In this document: positions 35,800 through 46,462 of the stretch, piece by piece
Layout: the number at the start of each line of letters is the position of its first letter
Position numbering within the stretch: the first letter of the stretch is position 1
Source of the DNA: an uncultured SAR86 cluster bacterium
GTDB taxonomy: Bacteria > Pseudomonadota > Gammaproteobacteria > Magnimaribacterales > AG-339-G14
Assembly: GCA_902632605.1 (NCBI GenBank)
Contig: CACPDB010000004.1
Location: 32,511 to 96,510, forward strand
Reading direction: 5' to 3'
Length of the DNA stretch: 64,000 bases
Position numbers and translations under genes: made by a program
The notes under the pieces: model-generated
The model's database searches: none
What the model was told of the DNA's origin: nothing
Seen by the model: the letters and a program-made list of their open reading frames with translations, nothing else

Positions 35800-37788
35800 T
35801 TAATCGCCCTTTTCCAGGTATCTTAAATCTTGAGCTGATAGTTCGATATTCGTTGCCTCGATACAGCTGTCCAACTCGAAAAAATTTCTAGGTCCAACTA
35901 GAGGGTAAGCAGATATTTCAAGGTTTACAACATAAGAAAGTGCTATTTGTATTGGTTGACAGTTTTTTTCTTGAGCTAACTTGATAGTTCTTTTTCTTCT
36001 AGCAAGATTTAGCTCATCGTGCCAAACTCTTTTTTCTTCTTCATCTGTTGGATTAGCAAAGTGTTCATTCGCAGCAAATTCTACTTGGTTAACAAAAAAA
36101 CCTCTTGCTTGGGAAGACCAGGGAAAAAGATGAATATTGTTATCTTTGAGATATTTTAAGTAAATCTCATCGCAAGAAATACAACCAGGCCAAACAGGTT
36201 CAATCATTTTAGCCAAACTAAAATTGTTACTTAAAACTTTGAATCCGACTTTCTCTTGTTCGTTTGCATAGTCGTTTGCTGACTTGAAACGTTCCAGTTC
36301 CCAATTAGATGCACCTAAAACATCTATCAATCCATCGTGTTTGCATTCATTCAAAGCATCGATGAATTCGTTCACAGGAACTTCGAGATTATCTCTATGT
36401 AGGCAGTAAATATCTAATTTATCTATATTGCCTCTAGCTAAAGATTCTTCAATTTGAGGTTTGATTTTATCTGGAAAACAATCTGGAGTGTGTGCTCCTT
36501 TGCCCAAAACAACTACATCTTTTAAGTTCCTAGAATTTATCCAATCACCCAAATATTTGTCACTCAATCCATGATTGTAAATAAAGGCAGTATCAAAAAC
36601 CTTGCCGCCCTTACTGTAGTAATAATCAAACATAGCAAACGCATGAACTTCATTTATTTGATTGTCGCACCCAAAAACTATTGGGGATATTTCTTTATCC
36701 AATTCAGGAATTTCTATTGTATTTAAGTCTTTTGATGGTTTTGAAAAAACTGAACTTTTTAATGACGATGTATTTATTGAGTTAGCTGGATATACTACTT
36801 TTAATTTATTAAGCCATTTATCAAGCCAAATTGAATTACTCAAAGAATCAGCATGTGGCATAAATGAAGATTCAATTTTTCCTGCCTTAATACAAGAGCT
36901 TGCTTCGTCAATTTCCCGGGTAAACAAACCAACATCATCTGTGACTTCGATGACCTTCTCTTGGTTGTTTTCTAAAATTTTAATTTCTGCTTTTTGTCCT
37001 TGAAATTGACCACAATGCCATGGTTCTTTGACAAAAATTTGTTTGTCACCAGATGAAATTCTTAACGAATTTTCGTATTCTTCATTTATTGCTGATTGTA
37101 TTGAAGCTCTGATTTTTGGACTAAACTCAAGGTCCGCTTTTGCATTCAAGTCGATATTATTTGAAGATAACTCCCCTGATGCAGATATGGTTAACGGATC
37201 AGAAAAAGAATTTTCCATTAGATTTCCTGCTATCAACCTAACCATGGATAGAGGATAACAACCAATATCCAAGATTGAACCTCCCCCCAATTCTGGATTT
37301 TTAAGTCGATGGCTTTCTTCAACATCAGCAACAAATCCGAAAGAAGACTCTATAAATACTTCTTGGTTAGCGAATTCTTGTTTAACAAATTCGAGCATTT
37401 TATGAGTTAATGGATGACATCTATACATAAAAGCTTCCATAAAAAATAAATTCTGTCTCCTTGATTCATTAAGTAAAATCATTGCTTCAGTTGAATTCAT
37501 TGTCATTGGTTTTTCACAAAGAAGGTTTTTACCGCTTCTAAGTGTTTTTAGACTTAAATCAAAATGACTGTTATGGGGAGTTCCTATATAGATTGCATCT
37601 ATGTTCGAATCATTAAGTAAGGCATTATACGAGTCGTAAGTTTCAACTCCGTATTTATCAGAAAAATGTTTTAAATTTTTAGATGATCTACTTGCAACTG
37701 CTGCCAATTCAGCTTCTTTTGAATATCTAATAGAGTCGCAGAAAGCCTTAGAAATATTTCCTGTACTGATAACGCCCCACTTAATCAT
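35800..37788 (-). CDS. Fusion protein: N-terminal Gfo/Idh/MocA NAD(P) oxidoreductase + C-terminal aldo/keto reductase
   Basis: N-terminal half: IKWGVISTGNIS...EKPMT (Gfo/Idh/MocA). C-terminal half from about residue 365: PIVFGCDNQ...GGKVFDTAFIYNHGLSDKYLG...YCLHRD (AKR). ATG at 37788 is preferred over TTG at 37803. Confidence 0.75.
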   Translation of the reverse strand: MIKWGVISTGNISKAFCDSIRYSKEAELAAVASRSSKNLKHFSDKYGVETYDSYNALLNDSNIDAIYIGTPHNSHFDLSLKTLRSGKNLLCEKPMTMNSTEAMILLNESRRQNLFFMEAFMYRCHPLTHKMLEFVKQEFANQEVFIESSFGFVADVEESHRLKNPELGGGSILDIGCYPLSMVRLIAGNLMENSFSDPLTISASGELSSNNIDLNAKADLEFSPKIRASIQSAINEEYENSLRISSGDKQIFVKEPWHCGQFQGQKAEIKILENNQEKVIEVTDDVGLFTREIDEASSCIKAGKIESSFMPHADSLSNSIWLDKWLNKLKVVYPANSINTSSLKSSVFSKPSKDLNTIEIPELDKEISPIVFGCDNQINEVHAFAMFDYYYSKGGKVFDTAFIYNHGLSDKYLGDWINSRNLKDVVVLGKGAHTPDCFPDKIKPQIEESLARGNIDKLDIYCLHRDNLEVPVNEFIDALNECKHDGLIDVLGASNWELERFKSANDYANEQEKVGFKVLSNNFSLAKMIEPVWPGCISCDEIYLKYLKDNNIHLFPWSSQARGFFVNQVEFAANEHFANPTDEEEKRVWHDELNLARRKRTIKLAQEKNCQPIQIALSYVVNLEISAYPLVGPRNFFELDSCIEATNIELSAQDLRYLEKGD

Positions 37789-39121
37789 TTTTTCTTGCCT
37801 CAATATTAATCAGTAATTCTTTATGATACGCAGAATTAATTGGATAAAAATACATTAAGAAGATGGAAATAGCGATACCCGAAGCAGGTATTAAAGACAT
37901 AATATTTTTCAAACCACTAAGAGTTTCAGGAGTTTGAACTTCATTTGGTGAAAAGTTTATCGAGGTTAACAAAATTCCTAAAACTAAGGCAGCAACAGCG
38001 ATTGATGATTTTTGAGCAAATGTCATAAATCCATACAAAGAGGATTCGCTCCTAATTCCTGATTTCCACTCGCCATATTCAATGGTATCCGGCAGCATTG
38101 ACCAAAATAATACGCCTCCTGCTCCTGAAGCTATGCCTATCAGGCAAACTATAATGATTAGTTCTTGTAGTGAGCTGATTTGATAGAAATAAAATAATGC
38201 AAATGCAAGCAATAGCAAGGACATTGATATTTGCCAGGTATTTCTTTTACCAATTTTCAAAGATACGTATGACCAAAAAGGTATTGATGCAAAACTACTT
38301 AATCCGCTTAAGCCTAAGACCAATCCTTGATAACTATGTAAGTCCAAAGCATATTTGATGTAATAAATTAAATTTTTATTAAACATTATCGTGGTAGAAC
38401 CTAAAATAAGTATGGATGAAAAAACAATCCAGAAGGGATAATTTTTTAGAATCGATAAAATTAGCTTTGATATCGGAGGATAAGTTTCACCAATTTCTTC
38501 GGTAGAAGATTCTTGCACGGATGCATATGTAATAAAGAGAATAATGACAGCAAAAGAAGCTGCAAAACATGATAAATAAACTATCCCAAGGGACTCATCG
38601 TTTTGACCGAAGAAGTTAATTATTGGAAATCCCAGAGAAGACATCAATAACGTCCCAAACGATGCTCCTATCATTCTTGCAGTGGTCAACTTTGTTCTTT
38701 CTTCACTGTCTGAAGTAATCCTTGGAGTAAGAGAGGAATAAGGAACACTGACAATCGTAAAACATGTTCGATGAAAAACATTAACAAAAAATAAACAAAT
38801 AAAAAGTGATAATCCTGTTAAAGGAGGAACCCAAAACAATAAAACAAAGGATATAGCTAGTGGAATCGTTCCAAAAAAAATATAGGGTCGATATTTACCT
38901 CTTTTTGAGGATGTTCTTTCCGCCAAATAACCCATGAATGGGTCGGTGACCGCATCCCAAGCAATACCAAGGGCATATATCCAACCAGCTAAGTATGGAC
39001 TGATGCCCACAATATCGGTGTAAAAATATAAAAGATAAAGACCAACTCCTGACCAATAAAAACAAATAGCAATATCGCCTATTCCATAGCCGATTCTCTG
39101 TCTATTGGATAATGGGTTCAA
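37781..39121 (-). CDS. GPH-family cation symporter (third paralog)
   Basis: DAVTDPFMGYLAERTSSKRGKYRPY signature; about 12 TM. Confidence 0.8.
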   Translation of the reverse strand: MNPLSNRQRIGYGIGDIAICFYWSGVGLYLLYFYTDIVGISPYLAGWIYALGIAWDAVTDPFMGYLAERTSSKRGKYRPYIFFGTIPLAISFVLLFWVPPLTGLSLFICLFFVNVFHRTCFTIVSVPYSSLTPRITSDSEERTKLTTARMIGASFGTLLMSSLGFPIINFFGQNDESLGIVYLSCFAASFAVIILFITYASVQESSTEEIGETYPPISKLILSILKNYPFWIVFSSILILGSTTIMFNKNLIYYIKYALDLHSYQGLVLGLSGLSSFASIPFWSYVSLKIGKRNTWQISMSLLLLAFALFYFYQISSLQELIIIVCLIGIASGAGGVLFWSMLPDTIEYGEWKSGIRSESSLYGFMTFAQKSSIAVAALVLGILLTSINFSPNEVQTPETLSGLKNIMSLIPASGIAISIFLMYFYPINSAYHKELLINIEARKND

Positions 39122-40260
39122 TTACTTAAAGATTCAATAATCTCTTGTTTGTGTTCACCCAATGCTGGAGCAGGTTTATCATTGAACATTTCGTTGTCGT
39201 TAAATTTAGTTGGATATCTTAATGCTCGCATCTTGCCTTGAATATCACTATTTATAGATTGGAAAAGATTGTTTGCCTCAATCTGCGGGTGGATCATCAA
39301 CTCATCCAAAGAGATGGTTTTTGAACATGGTACATCTTCATCCTGTAATTTTTGCAGAGCGTCGTCCACAGTTAATGACTCAAAAGTTGCCAAAGATTTA
39401 ACCAACTCAACCATATTTTCACTTCTTGCAAAGGCATTATTAAATCTTTCATCTTCAATATACTCTGGTAAACCTAGAGCTCTGAAAATTCCAAACCATT
39501 GAGCATCTGATAAAGCTGCAATGGAAAGATAACCGTCTTTGCACTTATAAAGACTGTAAGACTTTGTTAAAGGAGGTAACGTTACTACATCATCATCCAA
39601 CAAAGTGTGATTCATCATGCCATCTGGCCAAAGAAAAAAAACTGCTGAATCAATCATAGAAAGGTTGAGACGATCTGCTATACCGGTTCTTTCTCTTTTA
39701 AAAAGAGCAGATGATAGTGACTGACAAACTGTATAAGCAGTTATCTTGTCGCACAAAAGCGTTTTTATGTAAGCGGGTTCATTGAGGTCAGATTGAATAT
39801 CTGTAGCTCCTGCCATAGCTTGAACTACGTGATCATATGCAGGTGCAGATGAATACGGTCCCGAATTACCGAAACCGTTTATGGAGGCATAAATTAATTT
39901 ATCATTTATTTTTTTACAATCACTCTCTCCAAGTCCTATTTTTTCCATGACTCCAGGCCTAAAATTATTGATTAAAATATCTGCATTGGAAATTAATTTT
40001 TTTACTATTTCCAAATCATCTTTTTCTTTTAAATTTAAATCTATCGATCTTTTCCCTCTATTGCAGTTTGCAAATAACGCAGACACTCCCCCTTTTTGAG
40101 TACCCAAGTAACGCATAGGGTCTCCTATGCCCGACTGTTCTATTTTTATTACTTCAGCGCCTTGATCGGCCATCATCATAGTCGCTAATGAAGCTGTAAC
40201 AATTGTAGAAATTTCCACAATTTTTACTCCTTCTAAAGGTTTGGCATAAGTCATTCTCAC
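39118..40260 (-). CDS. Family III CoA-transferase (CaiB/BaiF)
   Basis: KPLEGVKIVEISTIVTASLATMMMADQGAEVIKIEQ; overlaps the downstream transporter gene by 4 nt. Confidence 0.8.
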   Translation of the reverse strand: MRMTYAKPLEGVKIVEISTIVTASLATMMMADQGAEVIKIEQSGIGDPMRYLGTQKGGVSALFANCNRGKRSIDLNLKEKDDLEIVKKLISNADILINNFRPGVMEKIGLGESDCKKINDKLIYASINGFGNSGPYSSAPAYDHVVQAMAGATDIQSDLNEPAYIKTLLCDKITAYTVCQSLSSALFKRERTGIADRLNLSMIDSAVFFLWPDGMMNHTLLDDDVVTLPPLTKSYSLYKCKDGYLSIAALSDAQWFGIFRALGLPEYIEDERFNNAFARSENMVELVKSLATFESLTVDDALQKLQDEDVPCSKTISLDELMIHPQIEANNLFQSINSDIQGKMRALRYPTKFNDNEMFNDKPAPALGEHKQEIIESLSN

Positions 40261-40312
40261 TCCCCCGAAATATTATTTATAATTAAGATACTTCGTCTTG
40301 TAGACATATTCA

Positions 40313-41614
40313 ATGGGGGAAATGATGGATAACTTAAAAGACTTATCAGAGCTTGCATGGCAAGGTAAATTAGATACTAAATTTGAGCATCATCCAGTTC
40401 ATACTTTTTATGAAGGTTCCACCGAACTTGCTCATAATTTACTAGGACTCAAAGGAATTGGTGGATTTTATGTTGTTGATACAAATGATGGGTTAGTAAT
40501 GATAGATGCAGGAAGTCATTTAGATATAGATTCAGCATACAGTGAAATAAAGAAATGGAGACCGAACAGCACTGTTAGAGCAGCTGTTTTTACTCACCAT
40601 CATGTAGATCATATATTTGCTACAAAAAAATTTGATGAAGATGCAGATAAATCTAACCAAAAAAGACCGGTTGTTTACAGCCATAAATTATTACCCGATC
40701 ATTTTGATAGATACAAAAAAACACTTGGATGGAACACTGCAATTAATAAAAGGCAGTTTGCGATTAATGTTCCACATTTCAAATGGCCAGAAGAATATCG
40801 CTACCCAGATATAACCTTCGAAGATGAATATACTTTCAAAGTTGGAGATTGTACTTTCGAACTTTTTCATGGTCGCGGTGAAACAGATGACCATACCTGG
40901 GTTTACATTCCTGAAAGAAAAATTTTAGCACCTGGAGATTTATTCATTTGGGCAGTGCCCAATGGCGGTAATCCGCAAAAAGTTCAGAGATATATTAGTG
41001 ATTGGTCAGATGCTCTGAAATTGATGATGAAAAAGGATGCAGAAATTATGATTCCGGGACACGGACTACCGATATATGGAAAAGATAGAATTCAGGAAGC
41101 TTTATCGACTACAGCGGATTTTTTAAAAGATATTGAAGATCAAACTCTTGAACTAATGAATCAAGGTAAGTCTTTAAATGAGGTTTTTCATCAAGTAAAA
41201 ATTTCGCCTGAAATAAAAAATAAACCTTGGTTAAGACCTGTTTATGACGATCCAAAGTTTTTAATAAGAATGATCTGGAGAAGGTATGGAGGTTGGTGGG
41301 ATGGTGAATACGATAGATTATTACCGGATACGAGAGAAAATGAAGCAAAAGAATGGGTTGAGCTTAGCGGTGGAATAGATGCAATCATAGACAAAGCTTT
41401 AAATAATTTAAAAAACAAAAAATATAAATTAGCAGCTCATCTAATTGAAGTTGCTTATTATGCTGATAAAAAAAATGAAAAGTTGCATGATGCTAGAAAA
41501 GAAATATATGCAACTCTCTCTAAAGAACAGGATTCTTCAATGGCTAGAAATATTTTTAATCATGCTAATTTAGCTTCAAATGAACTAAAAAGGGATTTAG
41601 CCTCAGATAATTAA
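40313..41614 (+). CDS. Alkyl/aryl-sulfatase-like MBL-fold protein (SdsA1/BDS1-like, lacks SCP2 tail)
   Basis: MBL motif THHHVDH, and the alkyl-sulfatase dimerisation-domain pattern [17 protein letters not shown]. Confidence 0.7.
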   Translation: MGEMMDNLKDLSELAWQGKLDTKFEHHPVHTFYEGSTELAHNLLGLKGIGGFYVVDTNDGLVMIDAGSHLDIDSAYSEIKKWRPNSTVRAAVFTHHHVDHIFATKKFDEDADKSNQKRPVVYSHKLLPDHFDRYKKTLGWNTAINKRQFAINVPHFKWPEEYRYPDITFEDEYTFKVGDCTFELFHGRGETDDHTWVYIPERKILAPGDLFIWAVPNGGNPQKVQRYISDWSDALKLMMKKDAEIMIPGHGLPIYGKDRIQEALSTTADFLKDIEDQTLELMNQGKSLNEVFHQVKISPEIKNKPWLRPVYDDPKFLIRMIWRRYGGWWDGEYDRLLPDTRENEAKEWVELSGGIDAIIDKALNNLKNKKYKLAAHLIEVAYYADKKNEKLHDARKEIYATLSKEQDSSMARNIFNHANLASNELKRDLASDN

Positions 41615-41793
41615 AGTTTTTCAAGCTCTTCTAGTGATAATTCACGAGCTTCATTTATGAGCATGATGGGAATGCCATCTCGAATTGGATATGCCAATTT
41701 AGCCTCTTTGCTAATCAATTCATCTCCTAGTTGAATTAGAGATGAATGTGTTTTAGGGCAGACTAAAATTTCTAGTAATTTTTGATTAATCAT
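41611..41793 (-). CDS. Trm112/YcaR (UPF0434) family protein
   Basis: [10 protein letters not shown]...[11 protein letters not shown]; 60 aa. Confidence 0.85.
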   Translation of the reverse strand: MINQKLLEILVCPKTHSSLIQLGDELISKEAKLAYPIRDGIPIMLINEARELSLEELEKL

Positions 41794-43147
41794 TTAAGGT
41801 GTATTCTATCCTTTTTAAAGAAGTTTCTTTGCCCAATATAAATAAAAGTTCTGAAATAGATGGAGCATTTTCCTTACCCGTTAAGATTAATCTTAAAGGC
41901 TTTCCTAATTCAGGAAACTTTAGATCATTGGCTTGTAAAAACTCTTTGATATATTTTTCTATCTTATTTTTTTCAAAATCAATTTCTTTTAATTGCTTAC
42001 TAAATTCAGAAAATAATATTTTTTTATTGGCATCGATATTTAGCGAATCGAACTTAGTATGAGGTTCTTGAAAAAAATAAATTGATTCTTCAGCAATCTG
42101 ATTCAAAGAGTTTGCTCCCTGTGCTAACAAAGAGATTGCTAATTCTCCATTATCTATTTGATTAAAATCAACTCCTGAAGTTTCTTTGACTTTTGAAATT
42201 AATTCTTCAGAGGTTAAAAAATTTAAATATTTATTGTTATACCAATCTAATAAATCTTGAGAATATTTAGACGGTGAAGAATTAACATCCTTTAAATTAA
42301 AAATTTCTTGAAGTTTGTTTAAGGAAAATATTTCTTCTTCTCCGTAAGACCATCCCAAACGTACTAAATAATTTATTAAAGCATCACTCAAATACCCCTT
42401 TTTTTTATAATCCAAAATATCGTCTGCTCCATCCCTCTTAGAAAGTCTTTTGCCTGATTCAGCCAAAACCATTGGAAGATGAGCATAACTCGGAATCGTT
42501 GCACCTAATGCATCTAAAACGTTAATTTGCTTGAGCGTATTCGTAATATGATCGTCTCCTCTAATTACCGTTGTAATCTTCATATCCATATCATCAACGG
42601 CAGCAGAAAAATTATAAGTTGGAGTTCCGTCGCTTCTAAGAATTATAAAATCATCAAATTCTTTATTATTTATAGAAATATCTCCTAAGATTAAGTCTTT
42701 AAAATTTGAGTCACCATCTATAGGAAATTTAAATCTTAAAACCATACCTTCTGCAAATTCTATATTTGCATCTCTATTCAATCCGTTGTACTTGGGTTTT
42801 TGTTTTTTAGCTATTTGATTCTCTCTCATTTTAGTAAGAACCTCTTCGCTACAATTACAAGCATATGCAAAACCTTTTTTATAAAGCTCAATTGCAAGTT
42901 CTTTGTGTTTCGCAATCTTTTTTGACTGAAATACAGGATCAGAATCAAGTTTAATGTTCATCCACTCAAGAGACTTAAGAATAGAATCAACATATTCTTC
43001 TTTGGAGCGCTCTTGATCTGTATCCTCAAACCTTAGCAGAAACTTTCCTTGATTAGCTTTTGCAAATAAAAAAGAGAATAATGCAGTTCTTGCTCCACCT
43101 ATATGCAGATGTCCTGTCGGGCTAGGCGCAAATCTAGTTATTTCCAT
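41786..43147 (-). CDS. gltX: Glutamate--tRNA ligase
   Basis: [10 protein letters not shown] (HIGH) and RLSKR (KMSKS) motifs. Confidence 0.95.
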   Translation of the reverse strand: MEITRFAPSPTGHLHIGGARTALFSFLFAKANQGKFLLRFEDTDQERSKEEYVDSILKSLEWMNIKLDSDPVFQSKKIAKHKELAIELYKKGFAYACNCSEEVLTKMRENQIAKKQKPKYNGLNRDANIEFAEGMVLRFKFPIDGDSNFKDLILGDISINNKEFDDFIILRSDGTPTYNFSAAVDDMDMKITTVIRGDDHITNTLKQINVLDALGATIPSYAHLPMVLAESGKRLSKRDGADDILDYKKKGYLSDALINYLVRLGWSYGEEEIFSLNKLQEIFNLKDVNSSPSKYSQDLLDWYNNKYLNFLTSEELISKVKETSGVDFNQIDNGELAISLLAQGANSLNQIAEESIYFFQEPHTKFDSLNIDANKKILFSEFSKQLKEIDFEKNKIEKYIKEFLQANDLKFPELGKPLRLILTGKENAPSISELLFILGKETSLKRIEYTLND

Positions 43148-43814
43148 ACTCTGTATTTAGAGAATTTAAGTAATTTTCATGCTCAACGACATCATATTCT
43201 GAAGTTTTAATTTTGACTAAATTGAAATCGTTTGAAACATCATTAGAAAATTCAGTTTGAGATTCTTTCGAAGAGTAATCGTCAAATCCCAAATCTCTTT
43301 GTCCTCCTGTCATAGCAAGATATACATCAGCTAAAATTTCGGAATCAATCAAAGCTCCATGATAGCTTCTGTCATAACCGGTAATTTGATATCTGTCAGT
43401 TAAAACTTCTAGACTATTTCTTTGACCGGGGTGTTTTTCTCTTGCAATTGACAAGGTATCGGTAATTTTACTTACATGATCCTCAATTTTTATATCAAGG
43501 CCTATTTTTTTGAGTTCGTGATTTAAAAATCCAACATCGAACTCAGCATTATGGATTAATAATTCTGAATCTTTGATAAAGTCTAAAAAATCCTGATAAA
43601 TATCTTTAAATAAGGGTTTATCAGATAAGAAATCATCAGATAATCCATGAATTTTAAAAGATGATCCAACTGTTCTCTCCGGATTTACATAAACTTGATA
43701 AGAGTTTTTTGTTAATTTTCTATTTATTAATTCAACTCCAGCAATTTCAATAATTCTATGATCGTTAGCAAGATCTAAGCCAGTTGTTTCTGTATCCAAA
43801 ACAATTTGCCTCAT
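43134..43814 (-). CDS. dnaQ: DNA polymerase III epsilon subunit (3'-5' exonuclease)
   Basis: Exo I LDTETTG, Exo II HNAEFDVGFL, Exo III HGALIDSEILADVY. Confidence 0.92.
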   Translation of the reverse strand: MRQIVLDTETTGLDLANDHRIIEIAGVELINRKLTKNSYQVYVNPERTVGSSFKIHGLSDDFLSDKPLFKDIYQDFLDFIKDSELLIHNAEFDVGFLNHELKKIGLDIKIEDHVSKITDTLSIAREKHPGQRNSLEVLTDRYQITGYDRSYHGALIDSEILADVYLAMTGGQRDLGFDDYSSKESQTEFSNDVSNDFNLVKIKTSEYDVVEHENYLNSLNTEYGNN

Positions 43815-44251
43815 GTTAGCTCATCTATTCCTTTATTCGCTAAAGCATCGGCGATATCGTTTTCTCTATGATTGCTGTGACCCTTCACCCAAAACCAATT
43901 AACTGTATGATGATTTGTCATTTTGTCTAGATCTATCCATAGTTCAGAGTTTTTAACTGATTTATTTGAAGCATTTTTCCAACCATTTTTTTTCCAATTG
44001 ATAATCCATTTAGTTATTCCATCTTTTACATATTTTGAATCTGTATAAACCTCAATAATTTTTGGATCTTTAAAAAACTTTAATGCTTCAATAGTTGCTC
44101 TTAGCTCCATCTGATTGTTGGTTGTATTGAAACTACCACCATATATTTCTTTTTCTTCACCATCTTCAATAATAAGAGCGCCCCATCCGCCTAATCCGGG
44201 ATTGCCTTTACAAGCTCCATCTGTAAAAATCTTAATTATATTTTCAGACAT
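43811..44251 (-). CDS. rnhA: Ribonuclease HI
   Basis: IFTDGACKGNPGLGGWG...NNQMELRA...TDSKY...WVKGHSNHRENDIADALA. Confidence 0.95.
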   Translation of the reverse strand: MSENIIKIFTDGACKGNPGLGGWGALIIEDGEEKEIYGGSFNTTNNQMELRATIEALKFFKDPKIIEVYTDSKYVKDGITKWIINWKKNGWKNASNKSVKNSELWIDLDKMTNHHTVNWFWVKGHSNHRENDIADALANKGIDELT

Positions 44252-44289
44252 CTATAAGAAAAGAGATAGGTGTTAATGTTACTTTAAAA

Positions 44290-45057
44290 ATGATTTCTAA
44301 TATAGAAGCTATCCCAGCATTTTCAGATAATTATATTTGGACATTATTTAACGGTAATTCAGCAGCTGTTGTCGACCCTGGTGATGCTTCAGCAGTTGAA
44401 AGTTTTTTGAACAAAAATAATCTAAGTCTTGAATCGATTATAATTACCCACCATCATTTTGATCATACCGGAGGAATAAAAGACCTCGCTTCTAAATGGA
44501 AACCAAAAGTCTATGGTCCTAAGGGAGGTCATATAAAGGGTATTGACTCTGAATTATCAGAAAACTCAATCATTACAATCCTAGATACGGAATTTCATAT
44601 ATTTGAAACTCCTGGACATACCCTTGATCACATTGCCTACTACTCTAAAGATATTGGATCCTTGTTTTGTGGAGATACTCTTTTCTCTGGTGGATGCGGG
44701 AGACTTTTTGAAGGAACACCTCTACAAATGTTTGATTCATTAAACAAGTTTACCGGTCTACCTGAGGAGACTAAGGTTTATTGTACTCATGAATATACAT
44801 TAAGTAATTTAACTTTTGCCCTAGAAGTAGAACCCAATAATGTTGATTTAAAAAACTATTTTGAGAAAGTTACCGCTCTCAGAGCTTCCAATAAAATATC
44901 TCTGCCTACAAGTATTTTATTAGAAAATAAAATTAATCCATTTTTGAGAACTTCTGTTGACCAAGTCAAAGAAAATGCTGAAAATTATGTTAAGAAAAAA
45001 AACTTACAACCCGTGGAAGTTCTAGCAGCAATTCGAGATTGGAAAGATAATTTTTAG
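44290..45057 (+). CDS. gloB: Hydroxyacylglutathione hydrolase (glyoxalase II)
   Basis: DNYIW..., THHHFDHTGG, TPGHTLDH, C-terminal HEYT. Confidence 0.92.
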   Translation: MISNIEAIPAFSDNYIWTLFNGNSAAVVDPGDASAVESFLNKNNLSLESIIITHHHFDHTGGIKDLASKWKPKVYGPKGGHIKGIDSELSENSIITILDTEFHIFETPGHTLDHIAYYSKDIGSLFCGDTLFSGGCGRLFEGTPLQMFDSLNKFTGLPEETKVYCTHEYTLSNLTFALEVEPNNVDLKNYFEKVTALRASNKISLPTSILLENKINPFLRTSVDQVKENAENYVKKKNLQPVEVLAAIRDWKDNF

Positions 45058-45058
45058 A

Positions 45059-46462
45059 ATGAATAAATATTTACTTCTTTTTCTTAGTTCTCTCTTAAGT
45101 TTTTCCCTTCTTAGCCAATCATCTAGTGATTTATGGAGTGAAATCAGAGATAGAATGATTTTTAATCATGAGTTAGACCAGCCTTCAGTTCAATATGAAC
45201 TTGAGAAATATAATGACAATCAATACGTCATAAATAGACTAGCAAAGAATGGTCAACGATATCTTTATTACACAGTAACTGAATCAATTAAAAGAGACTT
45301 ACCGGTAGAACTCGCATTGCTTCCCTTTATTGAAAGCCAATTTGATCCTTACGCACAATCTTCTACTGGAGCATCAGGAATTTGGCAATTTATCCTAAGC
45401 ACCGCTCGTGAACAAAAACTTAAAAAAAATTGGTGGTACGACGGAAGAAGAGACATTGTTGCTTCAACTGATGCTGCGTATAACTATCTGACAAAACTTT
45501 ACAAAAAATATGATGATTGGTTACTTGCAATTGCAGCTTACAATGCCGGGCCAAATAGAATTTTAAAAGAAATTAAAAAAAATAAAACCAAGGGATTGCC
45601 TATAGATTTTTGGTCTTTAAAACTTCCCAGAGAAACAAAGGCTTATGTTCCAAAACTTTTAGCTCTTGTCGAGGTCATCAAAAATCCGGATAAATTTAGT
45701 GTTGTTATTCCAAATTTGCCCAATAGACCTTATTTTCAATTGGTTACTCTTCCCTCTCAAGTTGATCTAATGCAGGTAGCTAATATCTCTGGTTTGAAAC
45801 TAGAGGTTATTTACGAACTTAACCCAGGTTTTAATCAATGGGCAACAGATCCAAATGGTCCGTTTCATATTCTTCTTCCTGTAGGTATAGCTGATAGATT
45901 TCAAGTTATTTTGGATAATACTGACCCATCTGAACTAGTTCAGTGGGATAAGTATCTAGTTAAAAAAGGAGATACATTGACTTCCATTGCAAAAAAATAT
46001 CTTATTGATTTTGCTTTATTAAAAGAAATCAATGGATTTAAAGACGATACCATATATGAAAACGAAGAATTAATTGTCCCAAGAGGTCCAAGTTGGATTA
46101 AAGATTATCTCAATAAACCGGATATTTATTATGTTAAAGCTGGAGATAGCATGTGGTCGATTGCGAAGAAATTTAATGTGACTATAAGGGATTTATCGAT
46201 TTGGAATGATCTAAATCCAGAAAAATTTCTCCTCACAGATACAAAAATATTGATCTATCCAAAATATTTTAAAGAAATTAAACCAAAACCAGTTCCTAAA
46301 AATGATATCGCTTATCCTGTAAAAAGAGGTGATAGTATAATTAAAATATCCAATAAATTTGGTATTCCAAAAGAATGGATCTTGAAGTGGAATAATATTC
46401 CAGATGAAACTCTAATTTATCCTGGACAAATAATTGAATTGAAACTTTCTGAGATTAATTAA
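45059..46462 (+). CDS. mltD: Membrane-bound lytic murein transglycosylase D-like (SLT domain + LysM repeats)
   Basis: SLT catalytic block ESQFDPYAQSSTGASGIWQF...AYNAG, followed by three LysM-like repeats (YLVKKGDTLTSIAKKY; YYVKAGDSMWSIAKKF; YPVKRGDSIIKISNKF). Confidence 0.88.
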   Translation: MNKYLLLFLSSLLSFSLLSQSSSDLWSEIRDRMIFNHELDQPSVQYELEKYNDNQYVINRLAKNGQRYLYYTVTESIKRDLPVELALLPFIESQFDPYAQSSTGASGIWQFILSTAREQKLKKNWWYDGRRDIVASTDAAYNYLTKLYKKYDDWLLAIAAYNAGPNRILKEIKKNKTKGLPIDFWSLKLPRETKAYVPKLLALVEVIKNPDKFSVVIPNLPNRPYFQLVTLPSQVDLMQVANISGLKLEVIYELNPGFNQWATDPNGPFHILLPVGIADRFQVILDNTDPSELVQWDKYLVKKGDTLTSIAKKYLIDFALLKEINGFKDDTIYENEELIVPRGPSWIKDYLNKPDIYYVKAGDSMWSIAKKFNVTIRDLSIWNDLNPEKFLLTDTKILIYPKYFKEIKPKPVPKNDIAYPVKRGDSIIKISNKFGIPKEWILKWNNIPDETLIYPGQIIELKLSEIN

